Source: Longivirga aurantiaca
Lineage (GTDB): Bacteria; Actinomycetota; Actinomycetes; S36-B12; CAIYMF01
DNA length: 32,000 nt
Direction of reading: 5' to 3'
NCBI RefSeq assembly: GCF_042660085.1
Contig: NZ_JBHSTI010000008.1
Coordinates: 1,179,876-1,211,875, forward strand
Part shown: positions 1 through 9,735 of the stretch, in pieces
Layout: every line of letters begins with the position of its first letter
Numbering within the stretch: the stretch's first letter is position 1
Translations under genes and position numbers: made by a program
The notes under the pieces: generated by a model
What the model saw: the letters and a program-made list of their open reading frames with translations, nothing else
What the model was told of the DNA's origin: nothing
The model's database searches: none

Positions 1-325
1 GCTCGAGCTGCGCCACCCGGCCGCGGTGTGGTTCGACCGCGCGGTGCTGCACTTCCTGACCGAGCCCGACGACGTGGCGGTGTACGCCGCCACGCTGCGC
101 GCGAGCCTCGCGCCGGGCGGGTGCGCCGTGATCGCGACGTTCGCCCCGGACGGGCCCGAGCAGTGCAGCGGGCTGCCCGTCCGGAGGTACGACGCCGAGG
201 GGCTCGTCGCAGCGCTCGAGGCGACGGACTGGGAGCGGGTGCTCGTCGAACGGCGGGTGCACCGCACGCCCTGGGGGAGCGAGCAGCCGTTCACCGTCGT
301 CATCCTGCGGAGCCCGGCCGGCTGA
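1..325 (+). CDS. SAM-dependent methyltransferase, C-terminal fragment (gene runs off left edge)
   Basis: Frame 2 is open from the window edge: LELRHPAAVWFDRAVLHFLTEPDD...CAVIATFAPDGPEQCSGLPVRRYDAEGL...EQPFTVVIL. The WxDRAVxHFLT motif and late beta-strand pattern are typical of class I methyltransferases. Stop at 325. Confidence 0.75.
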   Translation, partial: LELRHPAAVWFDRAVLHFLTEPDDVAVYAATLRASLAPGGCAVIATFAPDGPEQCSGLPVRRYDAEGLVAALEATDWERVLVERRVHRTPWGSEQPFTVVILRSPAG

Positions 326-457
326 GCCCGTCGAACCCGCCTCGGTCCGGTCGCGACGTCACGACGCATCGGGCGCAGAGGCGCCGGTGCGGGGGCAGAT
401 CCTCCGAGGTTCGCTCGTTCGGGGATCGTCACCCGTTCGGCCCAGCGCAGGACTACC

Positions 458-1252
458 GTGCACGCATCCGACCACCGGTGCCCCGAGCCGAGACGTCCCT
501 CCCCGCTCGGGGCACCGGCGCGCGTGGCCGGGCAGGCGGGGGCCGAGGAGGTGCGGCTCGTGCTCGTGCTCGACGGTGGTGGCGAGCGCGTGCTCGTCTT
601 CCTCCCCGGCTTCATGACCGCTGCCGAGTCGTACGTCGAGGTGCTCACCCCGGTCGCCGACGCGGGGGTGACCGTGCTGGTGCCGCAGCTGTACCGCCGC
701 GGCGTCGGCGCGCTGGCGGGCCGGGTGCCGGTCAGCTCCGAGGCCTCGGCCGCCGCCGACCTCGTCCGGGTGACCGCGGCCGAGCGCGGCACCCCGCTCG
801 TGCACCTCGGCGGCCACTCCCGGGGCGGTCAGGCCGCGTGGCGCGCAGCCGCGCTGCTCGCGGCGGAGGGTCTTCCCGCCGGGCTCGTCGTCATCGATCC
901 CGTGGACGGCGCCGGCCGTCGTCCGACCGAGGCCGACGCCACCGCGGAGCCGGCCGCGTTCGACGTCCGCACGCTCGTGATCGGCGCCGGGCTCGGCGGC
1001 CGCTGCGCGCCGGAGGCGGTCAACCACGCGGTCTTCGCCGCGGCCGCACCCTTCGCCCAGCACGTCCTGGTCACCGGCATGGGTCACGTCGACCTGCTCG
1101 ACGACCGGCCGCGGGCGCTCGCCCGCCGGCTCTGCCCCGGTGGGCCGGACCCCGACAGCGCGCGCACGTCGGTGTCGGCCCTGCTCGTCGCGTTCCTCGC
1201 CGGGACGCCCCTGCCCGCGCTCGACGGCGCCGTCGAGGTGCTCCAGGCCTGA
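458..1252 (+). CDS. alpha/beta hydrolase (chlorophyllase/dienelactone hydrolase-like)
   Basis: 264-aa ORF with VFLPGF, nucleophile elbow GGHSRGG, late Asp (VVIDPVDG) and His (GMGHVDLLDD). The true start may be an internal codon nearer residue 30. Confidence 0.7.
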   Translation: MHASDHRCPEPRRPSPLGAPARVAGQAGAEEVRLVLVLDGGGERVLVFLPGFMTAAESYVEVLTPVADAGVTVLVPQLYRRGVGALAGRVPVSSEASAAADLVRVTAAERGTPLVHLGGHSRGGQAAWRAAALLAAEGLPAGLVVIDPVDGAGRRPTEADATAEPAAFDVRTLVIGAGLGGRCAPEAVNHAVFAAAAPFAQHVLVTGMGHVDLLDDRPRALARRLCPGGPDPDSARTSVSALLVAFLAGTPLPALDGAVEVLQA

Positions 1253-1336
1253 CCGCGCGGCACCGACCCGGCGCCATGGCGCGCATCGGCGTCGTGCGCC
1301 CCCTAGGTTGAAGCCACCATTCCGACGGGGAGGGGC

Positions 1337-3751
1337 GTGCATCCGGTGGAGCCCCGCAACCGCGCGTACAGCCCGCGCGGATCGCTCATGCTGTCGGCGC
1401 TCGACGTCCTCCCGGACGCGTCGATCATGGTCTTCGACACCGACCTCGTGTTCGTGGTCGTGCGCGGCGAGGCCCTGCTCGAGGCGGGGATGCAGCCGCA
1501 CGAGCTCGAGGAGCGGCCTGCGGCAGAGGCGCTCAACCCGTCCCGGTGGGCGTTCTACGAGCCGTTCTACCGCGCGGCGCTCGCCGGCGAGTCGTCGTCG
1601 CTCGAGGTGGGATCCCTGGCGGGCGACGGGCACCGGTACGTGGTCAACATCGGCCCGGTGCGCAACGACGCGGGCGACGTCATCGGCGGTGTGGCGATCG
1701 CCACGGACGTGTCCGACCACATGCGCCTGCGGGAGGCGCTCGAGGAGAGCGAGCACCGGTTCCGTCTTGTCGCCGAGAACTCCTCCGACGTCGTCCTGCG
1801 CGTGGACGACGACTGGGACATCGGCTGGGTGTCGCCGTCGGTGCGGGAGGTCCTCGGCTACGAGCCGGAGAAGATCCTGGGAGCTGGGCTGCCGGGGTTC
1901 CTCGTGCCGGAGTCCTGGGACTCGATCTCGGCGGCCTATGCCGCCTGGGACAAGAAGGAGCCCCTGCGGCACCTGCTGCAGGTGGTCGCGGCCGACGGCC
2001 GGGGTCGCTGGATGGAGGTGCTCGCGCGGTCGATCGTCCCGGAGGGATCGAGCCTGGCCTCCACCGTCGTCAACCTCCGCGACGTCGACGAGCAGGTGCA
2101 CGCTCAGCGCGCACTGGCGGACAGCGAGGAGCAGTTCCGGCTGGCGATGGAGCAGGCCGCCGTCGGCATGGCGCTGATCAACGAGGCCGGCGAGTTCATG
2201 GTGGTCAACCCGGCGCTGTCGCGGTTCCTCGGGTACGAGCCGGGTGAGCTGGTGGGCCGGTCCTTCCTCACCGTCACGCACCCGGCCGACCTCGAGTCGG
2301 GGCGTCAGGTCCACGAGGAGCTCGTGACCGGGAAGCGGCCGTCGTACTCGTTCCGCAAGCGCTACGTCCGCAAGGACGGCGCGGTGGTCTGGGCCGATCT
2401 CACCGTCGCCTCCGTGCACGACGCGCAGGGCACGTTCCGGCACAACGTCGCGCAGATGGCCGATGTGACGGCCGAGGTGGCCGCGCAGCAGGAGGCGCTG
2501 GAGTCGCAGCGTCTCTACCAGCTGCTCGCGGAGAACGCGTCCGACGTCGTCTACCTCGCCGACCGCAGCGGCGAGATCACGTGGGCGTCGCCCACCTTCC
2601 GCACCGTCCTGGGCATCGACCCGGTCGATGCCGTCGGGATGCGCACGGAGGACCTCGTGCACCCGGACGACGTCGGCATCGTGACGCGGCGTCGCCACGA
2701 GATCTACGACGGCGACGATGTGAACGTCGCGATCATCCGCTACCGCGGCGCAGCCGGCGACTACCGCGACATGTCGGTCACCGTGCACCGCATCCCCGGC
2801 GGCGGCGACGGCGTGCCCGCGTCCGCCGTGGTCGGGCTGCGCGACGTGACCGCCGAGCAGCGGGCGCTGCGCGAGCTCGCCCGCAGCGAGGAGCGGTTCC
2901 GCCTCGCGATGACGGCGGCCCCTGTCGGCATGGCGATCTCCAACCCGGACGGACGGTTCGTGCAGGTCAACGACGCCTTCTGCGCGCTGCTCGGCATCGC
3001 CGAGCACGAGGCGCTCGGTACGACGGTGACGGCGTTCCTCGCCCCCGAGGAGCGCGGGCTCGTCGAGGAGGTGATGCTGGCGCTGTCGGACGAGGGCCGG
3101 AGCACCTTCCGGCACCAGCACACGCTCGTCTCGGCGACTCGGCAGCTCTGGGTCGAGCACTCGGCCAGCGTGCTGCGCGACGAGGCGGGGGAGCCGATGT
3201 TCTACGTGCACCAGTTCGCCGACCACACCGAGGCGCACGAGCTGCGGCAGGACCTCGAGTACCGAGCCAGCCACGACGCGCTCACCGGCGTCGTCAACCG
3301 CGGCGAGCTGATGACCCAGCTGGAGCACAGCCTGCGACGCGGCCGCGGCGGCGCCGCGTGGCTCGGGGTGCTCTTCTGCGACATCGACAACCTCAAGCCG
3401 CTCAACGACGAGTTCGGCCACCACACCGGCGATGTCGCGATCCAGACCGTCGCCGAGCGGCTGAAGTCTGTCGTGCGCCTCGGCGACCTCGTGGCGCGCA
3501 TCGGCGGCGACGAGTTCGTGGTGCTGCTCGAGGGGCTGCGGAGCCGGGACGAGCTCGCGGTGATCGCGGAGAAGTGCCGCGCCGCCGTCGAGGGCCCTGT
3601 GGCCGTGGACGGCGAGACGATCCTCGTCAGCGTGAGCGTCGGAGCCGTGCTCGCTGGGCAGGACGAGACCGCCGACGAGGTGCTCGCCCGCGCCGACCAC
3701 GCGCTCCACCGGGCCAAGACCGGCGGCCGGCACCAGGTCGATCTCGACTAG
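1337..3751 (+). CDS. multi-PAS sensor diguanylate cyclase (GGDEF)
   Basis: 804 aa. GTG start preceded by GGGGAGGGG. About five PAS-like repeats, then a GGDEF domain (FCDIDNLKPLNDEFGHHTGD ... RLGDLVARIGGDEFVVLLEG) with an RxxD I-site five residues before GGDEF. No EAL domain follows. Confidence 0.93.
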   Translation: MHPVEPRNRAYSPRGSLMLSALDVLPDASIMVFDTDLVFVVVRGEALLEAGMQPHELEERPAAEALNPSRWAFYEPFYRAALAGESSSLEVGSLAGDGHRYVVNIGPVRNDAGDVIGGVAIATDVSDHMRLREALEESEHRFRLVAENSSDVVLRVDDDWDIGWVSPSVREVLGYEPEKILGAGLPGFLVPESWDSISAAYAAWDKKEPLRHLLQVVAADGRGRWMEVLARSIVPEGSSLASTVVNLRDVDEQVHAQRALADSEEQFRLAMEQAAVGMALINEAGEFMVVNPALSRFLGYEPGELVGRSFLTVTHPADLESGRQVHEELVTGKRPSYSFRKRYVRKDGAVVWADLTVASVHDAQGTFRHNVAQMADVTAEVAAQQEALESQRLYQLLAENASDVVYLADRSGEITWASPTFRTVLGIDPVDAVGMRTEDLVHPDDVGIVTRRRHEIYDGDDVNVAIIRYRGAAGDYRDMSVTVHRIPGGGDGVPASAVVGLRDVTAEQRALRELARSEERFRLAMTAAPVGMAISNPDGRFVQVNDAFCALLGIAEHEALGTTVTAFLAPEERGLVEEVMLALSDEGRSTFRHQHTLVSATRQLWVEHSASVLRDEAGEPMFYVHQFADHTEAHELRQDLEYRASHDALTGVVNRGELMTQLEHSLRRGRGGAAWLGVLFCDIDNLKPLNDEFGHHTGDVAIQTVAERLKSVVRLGDLVARIGGDEFVVLLEGLRSRDELAVIAEKCRAAVEGPVAVDGETILVSVSVGAVLAGQDETADEVLARADHALHRAKTGGRHQVDLD

Positions 3752-3860
3752 GGCCCCGGCGTCCCAGCGGCTGTCGCTCACCCGCGCGCCCTGGCATGCA
3801 TCGCGTCACACCGAAGGGCAGCGCTGCCGTGGCGTCGGCCGCCGGTGCGACGATGACCGC

Positions 3861-4415
3861 ATGACCGCACCCGTGCTGCACGAGGGAGTCGTCACGCTGC
3901 GCCCGCCCAACCGGGACGACCGCGACACCCGCCAGAAGCACGGATGGTGGGCGGCGATCGAGCGCGGCTTCGGCCACGTCGAGCAGGATCGTCCGATGAC
4001 CGACGCCGAGGCCGACGCCTGGGTCGAGCACGTGCTCGCCGAGGCCACCGACACCTGGTGGGTGATCGAGGTCCAGGGCGAGGCCGCGGGGGTGGCGTTC
4101 CTGCACCGGTTCGAGCCCGAGCAGCGTCGGGCCCGCTACGCCGTCGGCCTCTTCCACCCCGAGCTCCTCGGCCGGGGCATCGGGACGGCCACCACCCGCG
4201 CCGTGCTGCGGCATGCCTTCGACGATCTCCGCCTGGCCGAGGTCGAGCTGCGCGTGCTCGAGATCAACGACGCCGCGGTGCGCTGCTACGAGAGGTGCGG
4301 CTTCCGCGTGACCGGCCGCGACGCCGACACCTGCGAGCTCCACGGCGAGCTGTACGACGACTTCATCATGACGGCGCACGCGGGCGGCTGGCCCGTGGCG
4401 CACCCGGCGACATGA
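3861..4415 (+). CDS. GNAT family N-acetyltransferase (RimJ/RimL-like)
   Basis: 184 aa; VTLRPPNRDD, HPELLGRGIGTATTRAVLRHAF (acetyl-CoA loop), INDAAVRCYERCGFRVTGR. Confidence 0.9.
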   Translation: MTAPVLHEGVVTLRPPNRDDRDTRQKHGWWAAIERGFGHVEQDRPMTDAEADAWVEHVLAEATDTWWVIEVQGEAAGVAFLHRFEPEQRRARYAVGLFHPELLGRGIGTATTRAVLRHAFDDLRLAEVELRVLEINDAAVRCYERCGFRVTGRDADTCELHGELYDDFIMTAHAGGWPVAHPAT

Positions 4416-4519
4416 CCCGCTGGGTCTGCGAGCACTGCGGTCGGCAGGGCGAGGGCGACGACGACGCAGTCGACCGCATCCAGTGCCCCGACTGCGGGGA
4501 GCCGGTCGTCCCGCGCTGA
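4412..4519 (+). CDS. 35-aa zinc-ribbon-like microprotein, coupled to the GNAT gene by ATGA overlap
   Basis: MTRWVCEHCGRQGEGDDDAVDRIQCPDCGEPVVPR. Two CxxC motifs; the ATG at 4412 overlaps the upstream TGA (4413-4415). Confidence 0.6.
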   Translation: MTRWVCEHCGRQGEGDDDAVDRIQCPDCGEPVVPR

Positions 4520-4529
4520 GGGGTGTCGG

Positions 4530-4847
4530 CTACCAGCCGACGATGTTGTGCCACGCGGTGTAGAGCATGAAGCCGAACGCGACGGCCATCGCGATGCCGA
4601 CGAACGAGCGCCCCACGATGCCGAGCTGCAGACCGGACGTCGCGGCCTTCTTCGGCACCGCACGCGGGCGAGGCAGGGGCGTCAACACGGCGGGGCCGCC
4701 GACGACCCGGTCGAGGTCGCCGCCCGTGGTGTCGTACTGCGTCGGCACGGCCTCGGTGGGCTGCTGCAGGGTGCCGTTCGGGAGGATGCGCGACAGGTCG
4801 GAGGCGGCCCAGCCGCGGGCGGGGGAGTCCCCACGATCGGTGCTCAT
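4530..4847 (-). CDS. small hypothetical membrane protein
   Basis: ORF with likely start MSTDRGDSPARGWAASDLSRILPNGT; ends with a hydrophobic helix (IVGRSFVGIAMAVAFGFMLYTAWHNIVGW). Confidence 0.6.
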   Translation of the reverse strand: MSTDRGDSPARGWAASDLSRILPNGTLQQPTEAVPTQYDTTGGDLDRVVGGPAVLTPLPRPRAVPKKAATSGLQLGIVGRSFVGIAMAVAFGFMLYTAWHNIVGW

Positions 4848-4944
4848 GTCCCAATCCTCGCACCGGAGCCTGCGCCGAGCCCGCCTCACGCACCGAAGTG
4901 CCCGAAAGTCGCTGTGGTTTCTGGCCGTTCGGTGCGTGAGGCGA

Positions 4945-7926
4945 TCAGGCGTGGAGGCGGATGTGCGACGGCCCCTGCGGGTCGGTGCGGCGTACCTCGA
5001 GGCGCTCGGTGATGCGGTCCTTCAGCTCGGCGACGTGCGACACGATCCCGACCATGCGGTTGTTGTTGCGCAACTCGTCGATGACCGTCATCACCTGGTC
5101 GAGGGTCTCGGGGTCGAGCGTGCCGAAGCCCTCGTCGATGAACAGCGTGTCGAGCTCGACACCGCCGGCCTCCGCGGTGACGACGTCGGCGAGACCGAGG
5201 GCCAGGGCGAGCGAGGTGTAGAAGGTCTCGCCGCCCGACAGCGACTTCGGGCTGCGGCTCTCGCCGGTGTGCCGGTCGACGACGCGCAGCGAGAGGCCGG
5301 TGCGCTCGACCTTCCTGTCCGACTCGTCGGTGCGCTCGAGCTCGTAGCGGCCGGCGCTCATCGTGGCGAGCCGCACGTTGGCCGCCTGCACGACCTGCTC
5401 GAACCAGCGACGCAGCACGTAGGTGGTGAGCGTCATGCGCATCGAGCCGCTCGTGCCGTTGGCGAGCCTCGCCAGCCGGGTGACCGCCGCCGTGCCGGTG
5501 ACGACCTCGGCGTGCATCGCCTCTGCCTGCTCGACCTTGGTGCGCGCCTCGACGAACCGCTGGTGCCGTAGGGCGGTGGTGGCCACCGACCCGGTCGACC
5601 GCGCGTGCCGGTCACCGGCCTCGTCGCGCGCGGCGCGGGCGGTCGCCAGCCTGGCCCCGACCTCCGCGAGGTCCACCGTGAGCACGTCCGCGAAGCGGGG
5701 ATCGGCAGCGGCGGCCTCGCTGGCGGCGAGCGCTCGCGACCAGTCGTCGACGGCAGCCTGCAGCGCGGCGATCTGGGCGGGTGTGCGCTGCGCCGCGCGG
5801 GCGGCGTCGAGGTCGGCGAACCCGGCCTCGGTCGCCTCTCCGGTGGCGGCCTCGAGGGCGGCATCGTGCTGCGCCGTGGCGAGCGCTGCGGCCGAGACGG
5901 CGGCCGCGGTGGCGCGCTCGTGCTCGGCCTGTGCTCGGAGAGCCTGCTGCCGCGCAGCCACGGTGGCGTGGTCGCCGCGTGCGGCCGCGACCTCCGCGGA
6001 GGCCTCCGCGAGCGCCCGTGCCCGGGCGTCGTGCGCGGCGGCGGCCTCGGCCAGCGCGGTGGTCTGCGTACCGACGGCGGCCTCGTGGCCCGCCAGCTCG
6101 GTGCGGAGCGACTGCACCTGGGCCTCGAGCCCACCGAGCTGCTCGGCGGCGGCGCGGATCTCCGCGAGCTCCGCCCGCCCGGCCGCCAGCTCTGCGCTGG
6201 CCGCCTCAGGAGTGGTGCCGGCTGAGGCCACCCCGAGCTCGGCCTGACGCAGGGCGAGGGTGTCGAGGTCGGACTGCGCTGCGGCCTCGGCCTGCTGCGC
6301 CTCGACGTACGCCGCCTCCGCGCTCGCGACGTCGTCGGCCGAGATCGCGTCGTCGGCGGGTCGCGCGGGTGAGGGATGGTCGGTGGCGCCGCAGACCGCG
6401 CAGGGCTGGCCCTCGACGAGACCGGCCGAGAGCACGGCGGCGATGCCGTCGAGGTGCCGGGTGCGCTGGTCGTTCCAGGCCTCGTGCGTGCGCAGGCGGG
6501 CCTCGCGGCTGCGGGCGACGGCTGCGGTGGCCGCCTCGATCCGGGGGAGCAGAGCGGCGAGGTCGCCGGCGGCCTTCCAGCGCATCTCGAGCCTCGCAAC
6601 CTCCGCCGCTGCCGCCTCCGCGCCGGCCGCCCGGAGCGCCGCCGCCTCGCGCGCGGCCACGGCGTCGGAGATCTGCTGCGGCAGAGCGAGCGTGGCAGCC
6701 CTGGCCGCCTCCAGCCGCGCGGCTGCGGCGTCGCGCTCGGCCGCCAGCCGGGCGACCTCCGCGGCCGCGGACGCGAGCTCGCGCTCGCGCACGACCAGGT
6801 GCTCGAGGCCGGCGGCCTCGGCGTCTCTGGCGCGGGCCCGGGCCTCGTGCACGTCGGATCCCTCGAGCGCCGTCGTGCCGGAGGAGGCGGTGAGCGACTC
6901 GAGGGCTGAGCGGGCGGTGGCGAGCCGCGTCGCCGCCGCCTCGAGGTCGTCGAGCCTCAGGCGCACCGGCACGGCTGCCTGGGCACCGGCGAGCTCGGCC
7001 GCCCGGGCCTCGTGCTCGGTGCGGGTGGCGCGGTGCTGCTCGGCAGCGGCTCGCGCCATCGCCAGGTCGTGCACCCGCCCCGACGTCTGCTCCAGGTCGG
7101 CGTGCTCCGCCGTGGCGATGTCCAGCGCCGCGCGGGCAGCCGTCTCCTCGGCCGTCGCTGCGGCGGACTCCCGGGCGAGGTGGTCGGCGATCGAGGCGAG
7201 CCGCGCGGGGCGCTCGGGTTCGGGCGAGCCGACGAGCGCGCGATCGTCGCCGGCGTCGATGCCCGCCGCCTCGTCGGCTGCCGCCAGGGCCTGTGCCACC
7301 GCCGCGGCTGCCGCCTCGCGCTGGCGTCCGGCCTCGGTGCGACGGCTCTCGAGCTCGCGCGTGACCCTGTCGTAGAGGCCGGTGCCGAAGATCTGGGTGA
7401 GCAGGGTGCGGCGCGTGTCGTCGTCGGCACGCAGGAACAGGGCGAACTCGCCCTGCGGCAGCAGCACGACCTTGGTGAACTGGTCGGGAGTGAGCCCGAC
7501 GCGGTTGCGGATCTCGGTGTTGGCCTCCTGGACGTGGCTGCTTACCGACGTCCAGCCGGCCGCCTCGAGGCGCTCGAGGTGCACGCTCGCCTTCTCGGCG
7601 GTGAAGCCCTCGCCGCGCTTCTTCGGGCGCTGGTGGTCGGGGACGCGGGTGATCCGCAGCCGCTCGCCTCCGACCGAGAGCTCGAGGACGACCTGCGGCA
7701 CCGCCTCGGGGGGCGCGAAGTGCGAGCGGAGCCGGTCGGTTGAGCTCTCGCTGCCCGCGGTGGCGCCGTACAGCGCGAAGGTGATCGCGTCGAGGATCGT
7801 CGACTTGCCCGCACCGGTGGGGCCCTCGAGCAGGAACAGCCCGCTCGCGGTGAGCGCGTCCATGTCGATCGTCTCGGTGCCGGCGAACGGCCCGAACGCC
7901 GTGATCTGCACGGAGTGCAGGCGCAT
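4945..7926 (-). CDS. sbcC: exonuclease subunit SbcC (SMC-like ATPase)
   Basis: Starts MRLHSVQITAFGPFAGTETIDMD. Walker A GPTGAGKST, zinc hook CAVC within a long coiled coil, C-terminal SPKSLSGGETFYTSLALALGLADVV and DTLFIDEGFGTLD. Confidence 0.95.
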   Translation of the reverse strand: MRLHSVQITAFGPFAGTETIDMDALTASGLFLLEGPTGAGKSTILDAITFALYGATAGSESSTDRLRSHFAPPEAVPQVVLELSVGGERLRITRVPDHQRPKKRGEGFTAEKASVHLERLEAAGWTSVSSHVQEANTEIRNRVGLTPDQFTKVVLLPQGEFALFLRADDDTRRTLLTQIFGTGLYDRVTRELESRRTEAGRQREAAAAAVAQALAAADEAAGIDAGDDRALVGSPEPERPARLASIADHLARESAAATAEETAARAALDIATAEHADLEQTSGRVHDLAMARAAAEQHRATRTEHEARAAELAGAQAAVPVRLRLDDLEAAATRLATARSALESLTASSGTTALEGSDVHEARARARDAEAAGLEHLVVRERELASAAAEVARLAAERDAAAARLEAARAATLALPQQISDAVAAREAAALRAAGAEAAAAEVARLEMRWKAAGDLAALLPRIEAATAAVARSREARLRTHEAWNDQRTRHLDGIAAVLSAGLVEGQPCAVCGATDHPSPARPADDAISADDVASAEAAYVEAQQAEAAAQSDLDTLALRQAELGVASAGTTPEAASAELAAGRAELAEIRAAAEQLGGLEAQVQSLRTELAGHEAAVGTQTTALAEAAAAHDARARALAEASAEVAAARGDHATVAARQQALRAQAEHERATAAAVSAAALATAQHDAALEAATGEATEAGFADLDAARAAQRTPAQIAALQAAVDDWSRALAASEAAAADPRFADVLTVDLAEVGARLATARAARDEAGDRHARSTGSVATTALRHQRFVEARTKVEQAEAMHAEVVTGTAAVTRLARLANGTSGSMRMTLTTYVLRRWFEQVVQAANVRLATMSAGRYELERTDESDRKVERTGLSLRVVDRHTGESRSPKSLSGGETFYTSLALALGLADVVTAEAGGVELDTLFIDEGFGTLDPETLDQVMTVIDELRNNNRMVGIVSHVAELKDRITERLEVRRTDPQGPSHIRLHA

Positions 7927-9092
7927 CAGCGGCTCACCTCGGCGTGCCGGACGGCCTCGACGGCGTCGCGCAGCAGCAGGGCCTCCTCGTCGGTGGGCGG
8001 CACGCGGTCGACGTACTCGACGAAGAGCGTGCACACCTCGACGGGGTCGGTGGTGCGCCGCAGGCGCGCGAGGTCGGTCTCCTCGCTCACCGCGGAGCCA
8101 TCCGGCGCGAAGTCGAGGACGAGCGTGTGCGGCCAGTGCTCGCGCAGCCGCTCCATCGGCGCCGCCGGGCGGCTCGGGTCGGTGAGCACGACCTTGACCC
8201 AGGCCTCGGCGAGGTCGGCGAGGTCGGTGCCCGCGCGTGCGACGAGGTCGTCGAGCCGGCCGCGCACCTCGCGCAGCGGCCGCGGCACGGGTGCCGCGAG
8301 GGTGCTGGTGATGACGGCGCCGTCGGCGTCGATCTCGACGAGGGTCACGGACTTGGTGTCGTCCTTCTCGCTGAAGGAGAAGGCGATCGGGGAGCCGCTG
8401 TAGCGCAGCACCGTGCTGCTGCCCCCGAGGCTCACCTGCTGCGGGCGGTGCAGGTGCCCGAGCGCGACGTACGAGACGCCGTCGAACACGTGCGCGGGGG
8501 AGTCGCCGATGCCGCCGACCCGGAGGTCGCGCTCGGACTCGGTGACGGTGCCGCCGGTGACGAAGGCGTGCGCGAGCACGACGGTGCGCGCGATGCCGCG
8601 CTGCGCGGCGTCGGCGAGGATCCGGCGGGTGGCCTCGCCGAGCACGGCCTCGTGCGAGCGCTCGACGCCGAGGGCGTCCTTGGCGGAGTCCGGCAGCAGG
8701 TAGGGGATGCCGTAGACGGCGACGTCGCCGTGCTCGTCGGTGAGCACCACGGGCTCGGCGAGGCCGGCGATCGTGGTGCGCAGGTGGATGCGCGAGGCCT
8801 CGGCGAGCCCGCTGCCGAAGCCGAGGCGGACGGCGGAGTCGTGGTTGCCGGACACCACGACGAGCGGCACCCCGGCCTCGGCGAAGGCGAGGAAGGTGCG
8901 GTCGAGCAGCTGCACGGAGTCGAGCGGGGGGACGGCGCGGTCGTAGACGTCGCCGGAGACGAGGACGGCGTCGACCTGCTGCTCGACGGCGGTCTCGAGC
9001 AGCCACGCGAGGAAGGCCTCGTGCGCGGTGTGCAGGCTCGTCTGGAAGAGCGTGCGGCCGAGGTGCCAGTCGGAGGTGTGCAGCAGCCTCAC
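7926..9092 (-). CDS. sbcD: exonuclease subunit SbcD (calcineurin-like nuclease)
   Basis: GTG start at 9092: VRLLHTSDWHLGRTL, VSGDVYDRAVPP, VSGNHDSAVRLG, VALGHLHRPQ. Stop overlaps the sbcC start (TGATG). Confidence 0.95.
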   Translation of the reverse strand: MRLLHTSDWHLGRTLFQTSLHTAHEAFLAWLLETAVEQQVDAVLVSGDVYDRAVPPLDSVQLLDRTFLAFAEAGVPLVVVSGNHDSAVRLGFGSGLAEASRIHLRTTIAGLAEPVVLTDEHGDVAVYGIPYLLPDSAKDALGVERSHEAVLGEATRRILADAAQRGIARTVVLAHAFVTGGTVTESERDLRVGGIGDSPAHVFDGVSYVALGHLHRPQQVSLGGSSTVLRYSGSPIAFSFSEKDDTKSVTLVEIDADGAVITSTLAAPVPRPLREVRGRLDDLVARAGTDLADLAEAWVKVVLTDPSRPAAPMERLREHWPHTLVLDFAPDGSAVSEETDLARLRRTTDPVEVCTLFVEYVDRVPPTDEEALLLRDAVEAVRHAEVSR

Positions 9093-9266
9093 GCGGCACC
9101 TCGCGGTGCTGCCTGGGCGCTGCTGCGCGATGCCATCGGACGTCCCTGCTGCTCGGGTGCGGAGCACGGCGTCGGCTCCAGCACTGACGCTAGGGGGTGC
9201 CCCCGACACGACCGACCCGGGACACGCGCGACGCCGGGGAGCGCGGGATCCTGCACGATGGCCCCC

Positions 9267-9611
9267 ATGAGCAGCGCCTGGTCGGACGACGCCCCACCCG
9301 AGCCCGAGCGGCCGGCGTTCCGGCGGTCGTTCGCCGTCGGGATCGCGGCCGCGCTCGGGCTCGCCCTGGTCGCCGCGGTGCTCGCGCTCCTGCCGCCAAC
9401 GGTCTCCTTCGGCGGTGTCGAGGTCGCCTGCTGGGCGCCGGCACTGGGCTACGACCCGTCGGCCGCCACCCTTCCGGAGGCGGTGCGGGCGGCCTGCGCA
9501 GCCTCGACCAACACCCGGCTCGTGCTGTCGCTCGTGCTCGCCATCGCGGCTGTGGTGATCGGGGCGGTCACGACCCTGCGCGCCACGACCGTGCCCCGCA
9601 CCGAGCGCTGA
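9267..9611 (+). CDS. small hypothetical protein with two transmembrane helices
   Basis: MSSAWSDDAPPEPERPAFRRSFAVGIAAALGLALVAAVLALLPPTV...LVLSLVLAIAAVVIGAVTTLRA; two hydrophobic stretches. An alternative in-frame ATG lies at 9258. Confidence 0.6.
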   Translation: MSSAWSDDAPPEPERPAFRRSFAVGIAAALGLALVAAVLALLPPTVSFGGVEVACWAPALGYDPSAATLPEAVRAACAASTNTRLVLSLVLAIAAVVIGAVTTLRATTVPRTER

Positions 9612-9643
9612 GGGGGTCCCCGGCGTCGGGGAGGCAGCGAACC

Positions 9644-9659
9644 GGGCCCGATCGGGCCC
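9644..9659. terminator. possible terminator or perfect 16-bp palindrome (GGGCCCGATCGGGCCC)
   Basis: Self-complementary GGGCCCGATCGGGCCC downstream of the small membrane protein gene; no T tract. Confidence 0.3.
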
Positions 9660-9735
9660 CGGGACGGCGTTCACTGCTGCAAACGGGTTACCGCAATCCC
9701 TTCAGCCCACGCTCCGGACGGTCGAAAGGACGGGT

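Noticed and set aside
1264-1312. GCGCCATGGCGC palindrome and CCTAGG site before the PAS-GGDEF gene
   Set aside because: Short palindromes are expected at this GC content and there is no supporting context.
359-3781. 1140-aa ORF on the minus strand opposite the PAS-GGDEF gene
   Set aside because: Spurious high-GC antisense frame. Its composition is biased and low in recognisable motifs, while the plus strand encodes a clear multidomain protein.
6000-7500. Ala/Glu/Arg-rich repeats within sbcC
   Set aside because: Explained by the SbcC coiled-coil arms around the CAVC zinc hook, not an independent repeat element.
4945-9099. Single 1384-aa ORF joining an SbcC protein to an N-terminal extension
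   Set aside because: The N-terminal part is an out-of-frame reading of sbcD. The real SbcC start is MRLHSVQ at 7926, overlapping the SbcD stop.
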